A stretch of DNA of 64,000 nucleotides, from the NCBI GenBank assembly GCA_040878035.1, contig JBBDMX010000099.1:1367-65366 (forward strand), read 5' to 3'. Below are positions 26,184 to 36,011 of this stretch, piece by piece (the first letter of the stretch is position 1; each line of letters starts with the position of its first letter). Both the position numbers and the translations under genes were made by a program. The DNA comes from Phycisphaeraceae bacterium (lineage in GTDB: Bacteria > Planctomycetota > Phycisphaerae > Phycisphaerales > Phycisphaeraceae). A model generated the notes under the pieces. It ran no database searches, was not told the DNA's origin, and was given only the letters and a program-made list of their open reading frames with translations.

Positions 26184-26909
26184 ATGGCCCAACCCGCCCG
26201 TTCGCCAAACCGACTGGGCATACGCTGGCGCGGCGCCGACGCCCAGGCCCGACGGGAATTGATCATCGACGTCGCCATGGAAATGCTCCATCGCCATGGG
26301 CCGGCGGCGGTGACCATGCGTCGTGTGGCGCATCGCCTGGGCGTAGGCGCCATGACGCTCTACACTTACATCGACGGGCAAGACCAGCTTCGCATGGCCA
26401 TGATCCACCGTGGTTTTGATGCCCTGCGCGCCAGTTGCCAGAAGGGTGGCGCCGCGGCACCCAAGGCCCCGGATACCCCGGATGTCCAAGGGCCCCCCGA
26501 GCCCCCGGCCGCGGCCGATGCCTCGACCACGCCGACGACCCCTTGTGCCGCCGACACGTCCCTCAGTTGGCGCGACGGCGCCAAGGCATACGTGCAATTC
26601 GCCCTGGACAATCCCAAACTCTACGAGCTGATGTTCAGCACGCCGGTGGGCGACGACGGGATTGCCGCCGAAGGGCTCGACAGCGAGTTTCGCCTGTTTT
26701 TCGAGCGGGTGCGCACGCGGCTGATTGAACAAGGCTGGCCGGAAATCCGCTCGGAGCAACTGGCACGCCAGACCGCCGGCCGGTACTGGATTACCCTGCA
26801 CGGCTTGGCGTCGCTGGCCGTGGCGCAACGCCTGGGCGTGCTGCACGCCAGTCTCGACCAGATCATCGACGACCTGCTCCAGCGCGTTGCCCCGGATGTG
26901 CGTCGTTGA
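26184..26909 (+). CDS. TetR/AcrR family transcriptional regulator
   Basis: HTH TMRRVAHRLGVGAMTLYTYI. It is divergent from the RND adaptor gene. Only the last 241 aa of the 767-aa track ORF 24606..26909 are real. Confidence 0.8.
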   Translation: MAQPARSPNRLGIRWRGADAQARRELIIDVAMEMLHRHGPAAVTMRRVAHRLGVGAMTLYTYIDGQDQLRMAMIHRGFDALRASCQKGGAAAPKAPDTPDVQGPPEPPAAADASTTPTTPCAADTSLSWRDGAKAYVQFALDNPKLYELMFSTPVGDDGIAAEGLDSEFRLFFERVRTRLIEQGWPEIRSEQLARQTAGRYWITLHGLASLAVAQRLGVLHASLDQIIDDLLQRVAPDVRR

Positions 26910-27120
26910 TTTGGGGATCTAGCGATTTGGCTTTATGTGGCACGATCCCACATCGCCATATCGCCTTTTCTCATCATTTTGAAACATAGGTGCCACTTGC
27001 GCCGATACAAGAATGGAGGGGGAGTTGTGCGTTTGGGACGAAGTGGCCTGCCGGGAGCTAAGTGCTGCGTATAATCCTTCGGATTCATTGCTCGCCATCA
27101 TCACCGTTTAGGATCTGAAC

Positions 27121-27543
27121 ATGGCCCTGGAACCCGTTACAGCCTCTCACGCTCCCAAGCGCGGCAAGAAGTATTTCACGGTGGCCGAGGCCAATCGTTC
27201 CCTGCCCTACGTCGGCCGAGTCGTGGGTGACATCGCCGACACCTACAAGCAGGCCATGGCGCTGCGCGAGCGCATCGACCATCCGCAGCCCGAGGATGCC
27301 CAGGACAAGCTGCGCGACGGCTACGACCGCACGATGGACCGGCTCAACGACCTGGTCGATGAACTGCGCCAGGTGGGCGTGGAGCTCAAGGACTTCGAGA
27401 AGGGCCTGGTGGACTTCCCCGCGGTGCACGAGGGCCGGGAGGTGCTGCTGTGCTGGCACCAGGGTGAAGCCAAGGTCACGGCCTGGCATGAAGCGGACGC
27501 AGGGTACTCGGGCCGGCAGGATGTGGCGTTGCTGGAAAGCTGA
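27121..27543 (+). CDS. DUF2203-like conserved hypothetical protein
   Basis: KKYFTVAEANRSLPYVGRVVGDIADTYKQ is the typical DUF2203 N-terminus. TATAAT at ~27068. Confidence 0.5.
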   Translation: MALEPVTASHAPKRGKKYFTVAEANRSLPYVGRVVGDIADTYKQAMALRERIDHPQPEDAQDKLRDGYDRTMDRLNDLVDELRQVGVELKDFEKGLVDFPAVHEGREVLLCWHQGEAKVTAWHEADAGYSGRQDVALLES

Positions 27544-27615
27544 TCTCTGATCTCTGATCTCTAAATTAGGCCAAGCCCCGTCATGCCCCGCTTTGGTGAC
27601 TTTCCGGGGATCGCG

Positions 27616-29346
27616 TCATTCTCCCTTGTCCTTCGTTCCTCGTTCCTCGTTCTTCACCACTTGGACTGTCAACTCGCGATTGGGGTCGCCCGCCAGGTAC
27701 AGCGTCTGGGTCGGGAAGGCGAATTCGATGCCTGCTTCGCTATAGGCGCGCAGCAGGCGGTGGTTGAATTGCTCCGACATCTGGTTGTAAGTCCACCAAT
27801 CCCGGCTGTCCCCCAGCCGGTACCAGTACATCACGCGGATGTTGAGACTGGCGGCGTTGTACTCGTTGAAGTAGACGCGCGGCGGGTTCTTGTCCATATC
27901 GAACTCCGCGGCGAACTGGGGCTCCGCCAGCATGTCGCGGATGATGCGCACCGCTTCTTCGACCTTTTCCGGCGGGGTGTCGTAGGTGATGGTCACGTCC
28001 AGGATGCGGCGGATCGACGGCCGGGCAGCGATGTTCTCGACGTTGTTGTCGATGAACTTCATGTTGGGAATTGTGACCAGGTGGCCCACCAAGGTGCGCA
28101 CGCGGGTGGAGCGGAAGCCGATCTCCTCGACCGTGCCGTCGATCCCGTCGAAGTTGATGCGGTCGCCGATAAGGAAGGGCTTGTCGAAGAAGACGGTGAG
28201 GGAGCCAAAGAGATTCTTGACTGAGTCCTGCGCGGCGAGCGAGATCGCCAGTCCCGCCAGGCCCAGGCCCGCCAGGAAGGAAAGGATGTTGAGCCCAAAG
28301 ACGTTCTGGGCCACCACCAGGGTGAAGATGATGACCAGGAAGATGCGCAGAGCTTTGCGGATCAGCGGCACCACCATGTCGTCGAGCTTGGTGTGGGTCT
28401 TGGAGGTGATGCGCGTGAGCCAGTGGTCGATGACATCGACAAGGTTGTAGAGCAGCCAGCCGACGGTCAGGAGATAGAGCAGGGCGACAAAGCGCATGGC
28501 AAAGTCGCGCAGGCCGTCGCCCAGCACCAGGCCGCCCAAGCCCAGGTGAATGCCTACCGTCAGGCACAGGAGCGACAGGGGGCTGGCGGCATCATGGAAC
28601 ACCGCGGCGCGCAGGAGTTGTTGCCGCTGGGTCGCGCGTTTCGCCACGGCGCGGAAGCCCGTCTGGAACAGCTTGCCCACCACCAGGCCCACGAAGATCA
28701 GCACCAGCAGGCCCGCCCAGCCCCACCAGGGCGTGCGCGTGAACGTCGGCCCGACCAGGTTGTAGATCTGGCTCTGGGCGCCGTGGCGATCCTCCAGCGC
28801 CGCCATGGCCGCGTGCAGATCAGGGGTCTCGCTGACCGTCCGTGCCGAGAACAGCCAGCGGCCGTCGGGCGCGCGGGTCAGGGCGACCTTGCCCTCGGGA
28901 TACTGCCCCAGCTTCTCTTTCACCCATGTGTGCTCGGGGAAGCGCGGGAAATAGACGTAGCGCTTAAGCTCCAGATCGGCGACAGTTTTGTCATCGGGCA
29001 ACTCCTCGGGCGTCACGGTGCCCAGGCGGTTGAGCACACCATAGAGCTGCTCGGCCACGCCCAGATTGGCGCCTTCATTGGCATCGGCGAAGTTAAAGCA
29101 CGCCAGCACGCTGGCGACCACGCGCAGACGATCCTTGGCCGACAGCGAACTGTCCGTCAGGTCGTTCATGCCCTTGAGAAAGGTGAACATGGTGGCGCGC
29201 GGGCTGGCCAGCTCGGCAGGGACGGCATCCGCCGGCGGGGTGGCGCCATCTTCCGCCTGGCCCCAGACGGGCGCAGGCAGGAACAGGGCGAGACACAACA
29301 GAACCCAGGTGAACCGATAAGCCATGAATGCAGGATGGGGAATCAT
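27616..29346 (-). CDS. Mechanosensitive ion channel (MscS family) with an extended N-terminal periplasmic and multi-TM region
   Basis: An MscS pore helix and beta-domain: GLAGLAISLAAQDSVKNLFGSLTVFFDKPFLIGDRINFDGIDGTVEEIGFRSTRVRT. Confidence 0.85.
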   Translation of the reverse strand: MIPHPAFMAYRFTWVLLCLALFLPAPVWGQAEDGATPPADAVPAELASPRATMFTFLKGMNDLTDSSLSAKDRLRVVASVLACFNFADANEGANLGVAEQLYGVLNRLGTVTPEELPDDKTVADLELKRYVYFPRFPEHTWVKEKLGQYPEGKVALTRAPDGRWLFSARTVSETPDLHAAMAALEDRHGAQSQIYNLVGPTFTRTPWWGWAGLLVLIFVGLVVGKLFQTGFRAVAKRATQRQQLLRAAVFHDAASPLSLLCLTVGIHLGLGGLVLGDGLRDFAMRFVALLYLLTVGWLLYNLVDVIDHWLTRITSKTHTKLDDMVVPLIRKALRIFLVIIFTLVVAQNVFGLNILSFLAGLGLAGLAISLAAQDSVKNLFGSLTVFFDKPFLIGDRINFDGIDGTVEEIGFRSTRVRTLVGHLVTIPNMKFIDNNVENIAARPSIRRILDVTITYDTPPEKVEEAVRIIRDMLAEPQFAAEFDMDKNPPRVYFNEYNAASLNIRVMYWYRLGDSRDWWTYNQMSEQFNHRLLRAYSEAGIEFAFPTQTLYLAGDPNRELTVQVVKNEERGTKDKGE

Positions 29347-29490
29347 GGCGGATACGTCAAGCCATGAGACGAAGCAACTTGACCACCAAGCCGAGTCTGA
29401 GCCTCGTCACGCCGACGCTGAGTCCGCCAAGCGTCTGGTATTCATGCGCCTCATACCCGATGCTTCGCGGACTCAGCCCCGGCTTGGCAA

Positions 29491-29826
29491 TCACTGCCGC
29501 AGGATCACGCGGACATTGCGCCGGCCGTCATCGGCCGTGGAGGTGCCGCGCCAGGGCGTGGGAGGCCCATCCCGGCCCGTCACGATGCCGCGCACGATGC
29601 GGCGCGGCAGCGAGCCCAGCCACAACACCAGCATGATCAGGCCGAACACCATCGCTCCCGCCAGCACCGCCGCGGCGACCAGCATCAGCACCGGCACGAT
29701 CAGCACCAGCAGGCCCACGAGCATCGCGGCCCGCATCGGCGCACGCGGCTGCCGGCGCACCCAGGCGTAACCCTGTCCAGCGCGCCCCGCGGCGTATTGG
29801 ATGTTGTGCAGATCTACTCGCATCAT
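29491..29826 (-). CDS. Small membrane protein (hypothetical), 111 aa
   Basis: MMRVDLHNIQYAAGRAGQGYAWVRRQ plus two hydrophobic helices. It is co-directional between prmC and mscS. Confidence 0.4.
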   Translation of the reverse strand: MMRVDLHNIQYAAGRAGQGYAWVRRQPRAPMRAAMLVGLLVLIVPVLMLVAAAVLAGAMVFGLIMLVLWLGSLPRRIVRGIVTGRDGPPTPWRGTSTADDGRRNVRVILRQ

Positions 29827-29947
29827 GTCCCAAGCATAGGAACCGAAAACGAAAAGTAAAAAAACGCGAAAAGAAAAAGTGAAGAATCGCGGCCCGCTCC
29901 CCAGACTATTTACCTTACTTTCCACTTCACACTTTTCACTTTCCCAC

Positions 29948-30838
29948 TCACTCCACATCCGCCACCAGCACGCGCGGCAGCGCCTCGTGGTCCGACATCA
30001 CATGCGCGTTGGTCAACTCGCCCGTTTCTTCCACTAGTTTCAGCACCGCCGCCTTCTGCGAGGCGGCGATTTCCAGCACCAGTTGCCCGGGCTTGTCCAG
30101 ATATTGGTGCGCCTGGGCGATCAATGGGCGAATGTATCGCAACCCATCCACACCGCCGCGTAAGGCGTGCTCGGGTTCGTAATCCTTGACGTTGGGCGCC
30201 ACCGCCTGCCACTCCTCGTCGCTGATGTAAGGCGGATTGCTCACCAGGTAGCGCACCCGCTGGCCCACCAACGGCTCCAGCAGGTCGCCTTGCACGAAGT
30301 CGATGCGGTCGGCCACGCCCTGGGCCTGCGCGTTCTCCCGCGCGATCGCCAGCGCTTCGGGGCTGATGTCGGTGGCGATCACCCGGCTGGTGGGAATGTG
30401 CTTAGCCAGCGCCACGGCGATGGCGCCCGAGCCGGTACAGACATCGGCGATGAGCGGTGCGGCAAAGCCGGGCGTTCGCCGAGCGTGCTGCACCACGTGC
30501 TCGACCAGCGTTTCCGTGCTGGGCCGGGGAATCAGCACCGCCGGCGTGACCTTGAGCATCATGGAAAAAAACGGCGCCTGGCCCACCAGGTAATCCACCG
30601 GCTCATGCCTGGCAGCCCGTTCGACCAGTTCGCGAAAGGCGGCCCGCTCCAACTCGGTCGCCGGGCGGTCCGGGTCCATGTACAGCTTAAGCCGGGCCAC
30701 GCCCAGCACGTGCGACAGCAGCATTTCCGCCGAGAGCCGCGGACTGTCGATGCCCTTCTTGTGGAAGTAGTCGTGGGTCCACGTCAGCAGCCGCCGGGTG
30801 GTCCAGCGCTCTTCGGTGATGTGCCGGCCGTCGCTCAT
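29948..30838 (-). CDS. prmC: Release factor glutamine N5-methyltransferase
   Basis: The LVSNPPYI motif, an AdoMet-binding VCTGSGAIAVALA, and an N-terminal RLLTWTHDYF. Confidence 0.85.
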   Translation of the reverse strand: MSDGRHITEERWTTRRLLTWTHDYFHKKGIDSPRLSAEMLLSHVLGVARLKLYMDPDRPATELERAAFRELVERAARHEPVDYLVGQAPFFSMMLKVTPAVLIPRPSTETLVEHVVQHARRTPGFAAPLIADVCTGSGAIAVALAKHIPTSRVIATDISPEALAIARENAQAQGVADRIDFVQGDLLEPLVGQRVRYLVSNPPYISDEEWQAVAPNVKDYEPEHALRGGVDGLRYIRPLIAQAHQYLDKPGQLVLEIAASQKAAVLKLVEETGELTNAHVMSDHEALPRVLVADVE

Positions 30839-30975
30839 GCGGGGCGATTGTAGCGAGGCGGTCAGAGCCGCGTGGCGTAAACCCGCCGATCGGGGGGGGG
30901 TACAACGGCGCTTGCTTTCGCGGGCTTACGCCGCGCGGCTCTGACTCTCGACTCCCGACTGTTACACTGCTATCC

Positions 30976-32475
30976 ATGAGCGGCACCGCCTCCGATCAAG
31001 CCTTCGATGCGGCCGTGGACGTCGTGCGCACGCTGCGCGCCGCCGGCCACGTCGCATATCTGGCGGGCGGTTGCGTGCGCGATGAGCTGCTGGGTCTGCA
31101 TCCCAAAGACTACGACGTGGCGACCGATGCCACGCCCGATCGCGTGGCCCAGCTTTTCCGCAACACGCAAGCGGTGGGCGAAGCCTTCGGCGTCATGCTG
31201 GTCAAAGTGCGTGCGCCGGGCCGGGGGGCAAACCGCGCAACAAACCGGGGGGCACGCCGGGGGCCGGTTCATGCGATCGAAGTGGCGACCTTTCGCCAGG
31301 AGTGGGGCTACGCCGACGGCCGGCGGCCCGATACGATCCAATACAGCGATGCCCAGCACGACGCCCAGCGGCGCGACTTCACAGTCAACGGCCTGTTCTG
31401 GGACCCGTTGACCGACGCCGACGCCGCGGACTCACCTGACGCCGTCGCCCACCGCTTCACCGTGCGATCCGGCCACGTCATCGACTACGTCGGCGGCCTG
31501 GCCGACCTGCGTGCCGGCGTGCTGCGCGCCATCGGCGATCCGGGGCAACGCTTCGGCGAGGACTACCTGCGCATGCTGCGCGCGGTGCGCTTTGCCGCAC
31601 GCTTCAACTTCACACTGGAGGAGCGCACGACGGCGGCGATCCGCGCCCACGCACGCCACCTGGGGCAGATCAGTCGCGAACGCATCGGCCAGGAGGTGCG
31701 CTGGATGTTCACCCAGCCGCGCGGCGCCCAACCGGGATTGGCGGCGAAACTGATCCAGGCGTTACAACTCGACGGCCCGACGCTCAACGAGGATCACGCC
31801 GATCCGCCGCTGCCCCTTCTCTCGGCCCTGCCCGCCGGGGCGTCGATCGCCGCACCCCTGACGGCGTGGCTGCTTGATCGGCAGTTGCCGTCCATGCGGA
31901 CCACGACTGAACCCGCGCCGCCCGCGGCGCGTAGTGATGCAGCCGCCGATGCCCTCGCGAGTCTGCCCGATGACCTGGAGCGCTGGCGCTGGGCCCTGGC
32001 GGCGCTGAATGCCGGGCCGGCCCCTGTTATCATCCGTCGCTGGCGCCGCGCCTTGTGTCTGACCAATGATGAAACTGCTGAGCTTAAGTCGATGATCAAC
32101 CAGTTGCCCCTTGCCCTGTCCTGGCCAGTGCTGCCCCTGGCGGGACGCAAGCGCCTGCTGGCGCAGACGACCTGGTCGGGGGTGGACGGGCTGATGGCAG
32201 CTCTGGGGATCGCGCAAGGCTCGTCCCACCCGCGGCTTGCGGAATTGATCGAGCAGGTGCGCCGCCAAGCGGCGCAGTTATTGGCCCAGGGCGTGGCGCC
32301 CCCGCCGTGGCTCACCGGCAATGACCTGATCGCCGCCGGTCGCAATCCCGGCCCCTTGTTTCGCCGAATATTGGAAGAGGCTTATGATCTCCAACTGGAA
32401 GGCCAACTGACCAGCCGCGACCAAGCCCTGGGATGGCTCGGTCAGCGGTTGGTGAAGTCGGACGAGAATCTCTGA
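30976..32475 (+). CDS. CCA-adding enzyme / poly(A) polymerase family nucleotidyltransferase
   Basis: Pol-beta-like head GGCVRDELLGLHPKDYDVATDATPDRV with a long helical tail. Confidence 0.7.
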   Translation: MSGTASDQAFDAAVDVVRTLRAAGHVAYLAGGCVRDELLGLHPKDYDVATDATPDRVAQLFRNTQAVGEAFGVMLVKVRAPGRGANRATNRGARRGPVHAIEVATFRQEWGYADGRRPDTIQYSDAQHDAQRRDFTVNGLFWDPLTDADAADSPDAVAHRFTVRSGHVIDYVGGLADLRAGVLRAIGDPGQRFGEDYLRMLRAVRFAARFNFTLEERTTAAIRAHARHLGQISRERIGQEVRWMFTQPRGAQPGLAAKLIQALQLDGPTLNEDHADPPLPLLSALPAGASIAAPLTAWLLDRQLPSMRTTTEPAPPAARSDAAADALASLPDDLERWRWALAALNAGPAPVIIRRWRRALCLTNDETAELKSMINQLPLALSWPVLPLAGRKRLLAQTTWSGVDGLMAALGIAQGSSHPRLAELIEQVRRQAAQLLAQGVAPPPWLTGNDLIAAGRNPGPLFRRILEEAYDLQLEGQLTSRDQALGWLGQRLVKSDENL

Positions 32476-32610
32476 TTTCAAATCTCTGATTTCTAAATTG
32501 TGAACCGCTTGCGGTTTAGCCTTCCCTTGGCGCAAATCAGAAATCAGAATTCAGACGGCCTCAACAGCGTAACGCTAAATCAGAAATCAGAAATTAGAAA
32601 TTAAACGGCA
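32470..32610. repeat. Inverted repeat of (TCTCTGATTTC / AAATCAGAAATCAGAAATTAGAAATT) units containing a REP-C core
   Basis: tctctgatttcaaatctctgatttctaaatt ... ccgcttgcggtttagcc ... aaatcagaaatcagaattcag ... aaatcagaaatcagaaattagaaatt. Relatives occur at 27541-27570 and 47272-47300. Confidence 0.7.
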
Positions 32611-33242
32611 TGGATTGGTTTTTCGTCGAGCTTCCCCTGTGGGTGGATCAAGCTGGCCCCGTGCTGGTCGTGCTGGTTTTTGCCGTCATCCTCATCAGCG
32701 GCTTTGGCCTACCCCTGCCTGAGGACATCCCGCTCATCGTCGCCGGATATCTGTGCTACCGCGACGTGGTGTCGCTCTGGTACATGATCCCCGCGGTCTT
32801 CATCGCCGTCGTCGGCGCCGACTGCACGCTTTACTGGATCGGCCGGCGCTACGGCATCCACCTGCCCAATATCTGGCTCCTGCGCCATTACCTGACGCCG
32901 CAGCGCCTGGCGCGCGCCGAACGCGCCTTCCACGCCCACGGCGGCAAGACCCTCTTTATCTCCCGCTTCCTCCCCGGTCTGCGTGCCCCGACCTACTTCA
33001 CCGCCGGCATGTTCCGCATCCCCTTCTGGAAAATGCTCCTCTTTGACGGCACCGCCGCCCTCCTGAGCGTGCCCACCATCGTGCTGCTGGCATACTTCTT
33101 CGGCACGCAACTGGAGATGGTCCACGCCAAAGCCGCCTGGGCCGGCCGCTTCATCGCCATCGGCCTGATCCTGGCCATCGCCGGCGTGGTCGCCTACAAG
33201 TTCCTCCGCGCCCGCCGCGTCGCCCCCGGCGGCGTGGGGTAA
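32610..33242 (+). CDS. DedA/VTT-domain family membrane protein
   Basis: GFGLPLPEDIPLIVAGYL and the downstream DedA signature. Confidence 0.8.
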   Translation: MDWFFVELPLWVDQAGPVLVVLVFAVILISGFGLPLPEDIPLIVAGYLCYRDVVSLWYMIPAVFIAVVGADCTLYWIGRRYGIHLPNIWLLRHYLTPQRLARAERAFHAHGGKTLFISRFLPGLRAPTYFTAGMFRIPFWKMLLFDGTAALLSVPTIVLLAYFFGTQLEMVHAKAAWAGRFIAIGLILAIAGVVAYKFLRARRVAPGGVG

Positions 33243-33504
33243 GGCCCAAACGCCGAATCGATCGGTGCAGGGCCGTCCTGGAAGTGCTTTCCGCCCCTTT
33301 TCTTCCGGCCCGGCGCGGGAATGACGGACACGAAGCGCCGCTCTGCTCCACGAGGCTTGGCTTGCAGCCGCGCTATCACGCGGAATCTTCACGAAGGGGG
33401 GTCCTGCGCTTCGCACCGATACCCCGGCACGCCTTGCAGACGGGACAGGCCGGGGCTTGACCGAAGGCGGCCAGCAGTGCCGCCGTGGTGAGAGACTGGA
33501 TCGT

Positions 33505-34521
33505 TCAGCCCTTGACCGCGCCGAGTTGAATGCCTTTGACCAGGTACTTCTGGAGGACGATGAAGACCAGGACCATGGGGATGACGGACATGGTGACGGC
33601 GGCCATGAGGAGGTTGGTTTCCTGGCCGGCGGTGGAGTCGAAGTACATCAGGCCGATGGGCAGGGTGTACTTGTGCTCGCTGCGGAGCATGACCAGGGGC
33701 CAGAAGAAGCTGTTGTAGTTGCCCATGTAGGTGAAGATGGCCAGGGTGATCAGGCCGGGGCGGGAGAGGGGGAGGATGATGTCCCAGTAGAGTCGCCACT
33801 TGCTGGCGCCGTCGATCTCGGCGGCCTCGTCGAGACTGGAAGGAATGGTGAGCATGAACTGGCGCAGCAGGAACGTACCAAAGGCGGAGAACGCCCCGGG
33901 CAGGATCAGGCCGACCATCGAGTCCACCAGGCCCAGTTCGATCATGATCTGGTAGTTGGGGATCATCATGACCAGACCCGGTAGCATCATGGTGCAGAGG
34001 TAAAGGACAAAGACCTTGTCGCGGCCGGGCCACTGGAGGCGGGCGAAGGAGAAAGCCGCCAGCGAACTGGTGAAGACTTGAAGAAACGTGACCCAGGCGG
34101 CCACGAAGAGGCTGTTCCAATAGTAGCGTGCAAAGGGGATCGCGCTAAAGACATCCTGGTAATTGCGTGGCACGTTGAAGAGCTCAAAGCCAAAGATGCG
34201 CAGCGGCGCCCATTCGACGCTCGCGGGCAACCACGTGTCCAGGCCGACCTCCTGAAGCTGCTTGAGGCTGGTGAGGACCATCCAGGTGAAGGGCAGCACC
34301 ATGGCAAAGCTCATGACCGCCAGGACCATGTGCAATGCGGAGGTGCCCAGGAAGCGTTTGGCGGCGATGCTGGGTTTGACCGGCAGGTCGGGCAGCGGGC
34401 GGGGCTTGGGGTCGGACGGGCGCAGGGCGGCCTGGGCGTCGATGGCGGCGGCGGGGAAGGTGGACGCCGGCGTGGTGGGCTCGGCGGTGCCGGGGTTCGA
34501 GTTGGCCAGGGGATCGCTCAT
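33505..34521 (-). CDS. Carbohydrate ABC transporter permease (MalG-like)
   Basis: EAA loop DEAAEIDGASKWRLYWDIILPLSRP. Start at Met 34521 within ORF 33505..35010; ATGA overlap with the upstream permease. Confidence 0.8.
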   Translation of the reverse strand: MSDPLANSNPGTAEPTTPASTFPAAAIDAQAALRPSDPKPRPLPDLPVKPSIAAKRFLGTSALHMVLAVMSFAMVLPFTWMVLTSLKQLQEVGLDTWLPASVEWAPLRIFGFELFNVPRNYQDVFSAIPFARYYWNSLFVAAWVTFLQVFTSSLAAFSFARLQWPGRDKVFVLYLCTMMLPGLVMMIPNYQIMIELGLVDSMVGLILPGAFSAFGTFLLRQFMLTIPSSLDEAAEIDGASKWRLYWDIILPLSRPGLITLAIFTYMGNYNSFFWPLVMLRSEHKYTLPIGLMYFDSTAGQETNLLMAAVTMSVIPMVLVFIVLQKYLVKGIQLGAVKG

Positions 34522-36011
34522 TCGTTGACGTATTTGTTGCCGAATTTCCAGTTGAACATCGTGACGCTGAAGACCAGGAGGAACAGGGCCCAGGCGGTGG
34601 CGGAAGCGAAGCTGAGCCGGCCGGTGTCGAACCCCTCGGTATAGATGAAGTAGGCCAGGGTGGTGGTGGAGCCGGCGGGGCCGCCCTTGGTCATGACCCG
34701 CGCCATTTCGAAGCCGCCCTGGAGTCCGCCGATAGTGCTCATCACCGCGATGAAGAAGGTGGTGGGCGCCAGTTGAGGCCAGGTGACGTGCCAGAATTTC
34801 TGGAATCGGCTGGCGCCGTCGATGTTGGCGGCCTCGTAGAGCTCCTCGGGGACGTTGGTCAGGGCCGCCAGGTAGAGGAGCATGTTGTTGGAGCCGATAG
34901 CGCCCCAGAATCCCATGATCATGATGGCGGGCTTGGCCCAGTTGTAGTCCGCCAGCCAGGTGGGCGAACCGAGTCCGCCGGGTCGTGCCGCCAGATCGGG
35001 CAGGTTCCATGCCACCGCCGCCAGGCCCAGCAGGACGAACTGGAAGACCATGACAAAGAGCGCCAGCATCAGGGACGTGCCGGTGCCGGCGCTAGGCCGG
35101 CTGGGGAAGTCACGGCCGGCGCCGGCGACGCGGACTCCCTGCCAGAGGATGACCGCCAGGACACCGGCGGTAAGCCAGAGGGCCTGTCCGCGCGTGGTGC
35201 TCCACACCCACGCCATGACCGTGGGCAGGAGCAGCAGGATGAGGGGCAGGATCAGGGCGGCGCTGCCCGCATCGCCATCGCTCCACATCTGCCGCAGCTT
35301 GGACAGCGACCAGGCCAGCAGCAGGACGATGAGGGCAAAGCCAAGCCACAGCCCCAGGTGCAAGGCGCTGGGCGGCATGGCATTGACGGCGCTGGTGGCG
35401 GCGTCCATGACGGGGCGTACGCCGGCGTTGATGGGCCCGGTTTCCGGGTTGTAGAGCTTCTTCCAGAGGATGTACGTGGCGACGCCGGCGGTGAAGTGGG
35501 GCGCGTAAAAGAGGGTGCGGTAGGCGGTGACGCCGCCGGAGAGTCCCAGGACGACGACCACGCCCGCCAGGCCGACCATGAGGATGGCCATGCCCGTGCC
35601 GCCCATGCCCACGACGGTGAGCATGGCGACGCTGACGATGAGTCCGAAGGTGGCGCAGACCCACAGGTAGACGCGCCTCCCGCCGCCGCGCGTGTCCTTA
35701 CTGAGCAGGATGGCGGCGCCCAGGGACGCGGCGATGCCAAAGGGAATGCCCATCATCAGGAAGAGCGTGTTGCCGAAGTAGCGGAGGAAGTCGCCCTCGC
35801 GGATGAGGCGGATGAAATTGCCCAGGCCGACGAATTCGAGCTTGGCGTCGGGCTTCCACATGTTGTGCAGGCGCAGGTCCCAGTTGGTGAACGCCAGCAT
35901 GATGGCAAAAAGCACGGGAAAGACGACGAACACCAGCATGCCGCAGATATTGGGCGTCAGGAAGGCCAGGCCCAGAATGAGATTGCGGGCTTGCTTGCGG
36001 CGGGAAATCAT
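34518..36011 (-). CDS. Carbohydrate ABC transporter permease (MalF-like) with a large inserted loop
   Basis: EAA loop EELYEAANIDGASRFQKFWHVTWPQLAP; ATGA overlaps on both sides. Confidence 0.8.
   Translation of the reverse strand: MISRRKQARNLILGLAFLTPNICGMLVFVVFPVLFAIMLAFTNWDLRLHNMWKPDAKLEFVGLGNFIRLIREGDFLRYFGNTLFLMMGIPFGIAASLGAAILLSKDTRGGGRRVYLWVCATFGLIVSVAMLTVVGMGGTGMAILMVGLAGVVVVLGLSGGVTAYRTLFYAPHFTAGVATYILWKKLYNPETGPINAGVRPVMDAATSAVNAMPPSALHLGLWLGFALIVLLLAWSLSKLRQMWSDGDAGSAALILPLILLLLPTVMAWVWSTTRGQALWLTAGVLAVILWQGVRVAGAGRDFPSRPSAGTGTSLMLALFVMVFQFVLLGLAAVAWNLPDLAARPGGLGSPTWLADYNWAKPAIMIMGFWGAIGSNNMLLYLAALTNVPEELYEAANIDGASRFQKFWHVTWPQLAPTTFFIAVMSTIGGLQGGFEMARVMTKGGPAGSTTTLAYFIYTEGFDTGRLSFASATAWALFLLVFSVTMFNWKFGNKYVNE

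Noticed and set aside
22414-26909. 709-aa and 767-aa + strand ORFs (22414..24543, 24606..26909)
   Set aside because: Antisense to the RND permease and adaptor genes. Only the last 241 codons of the second (the TetR regulator from 26184) are real.
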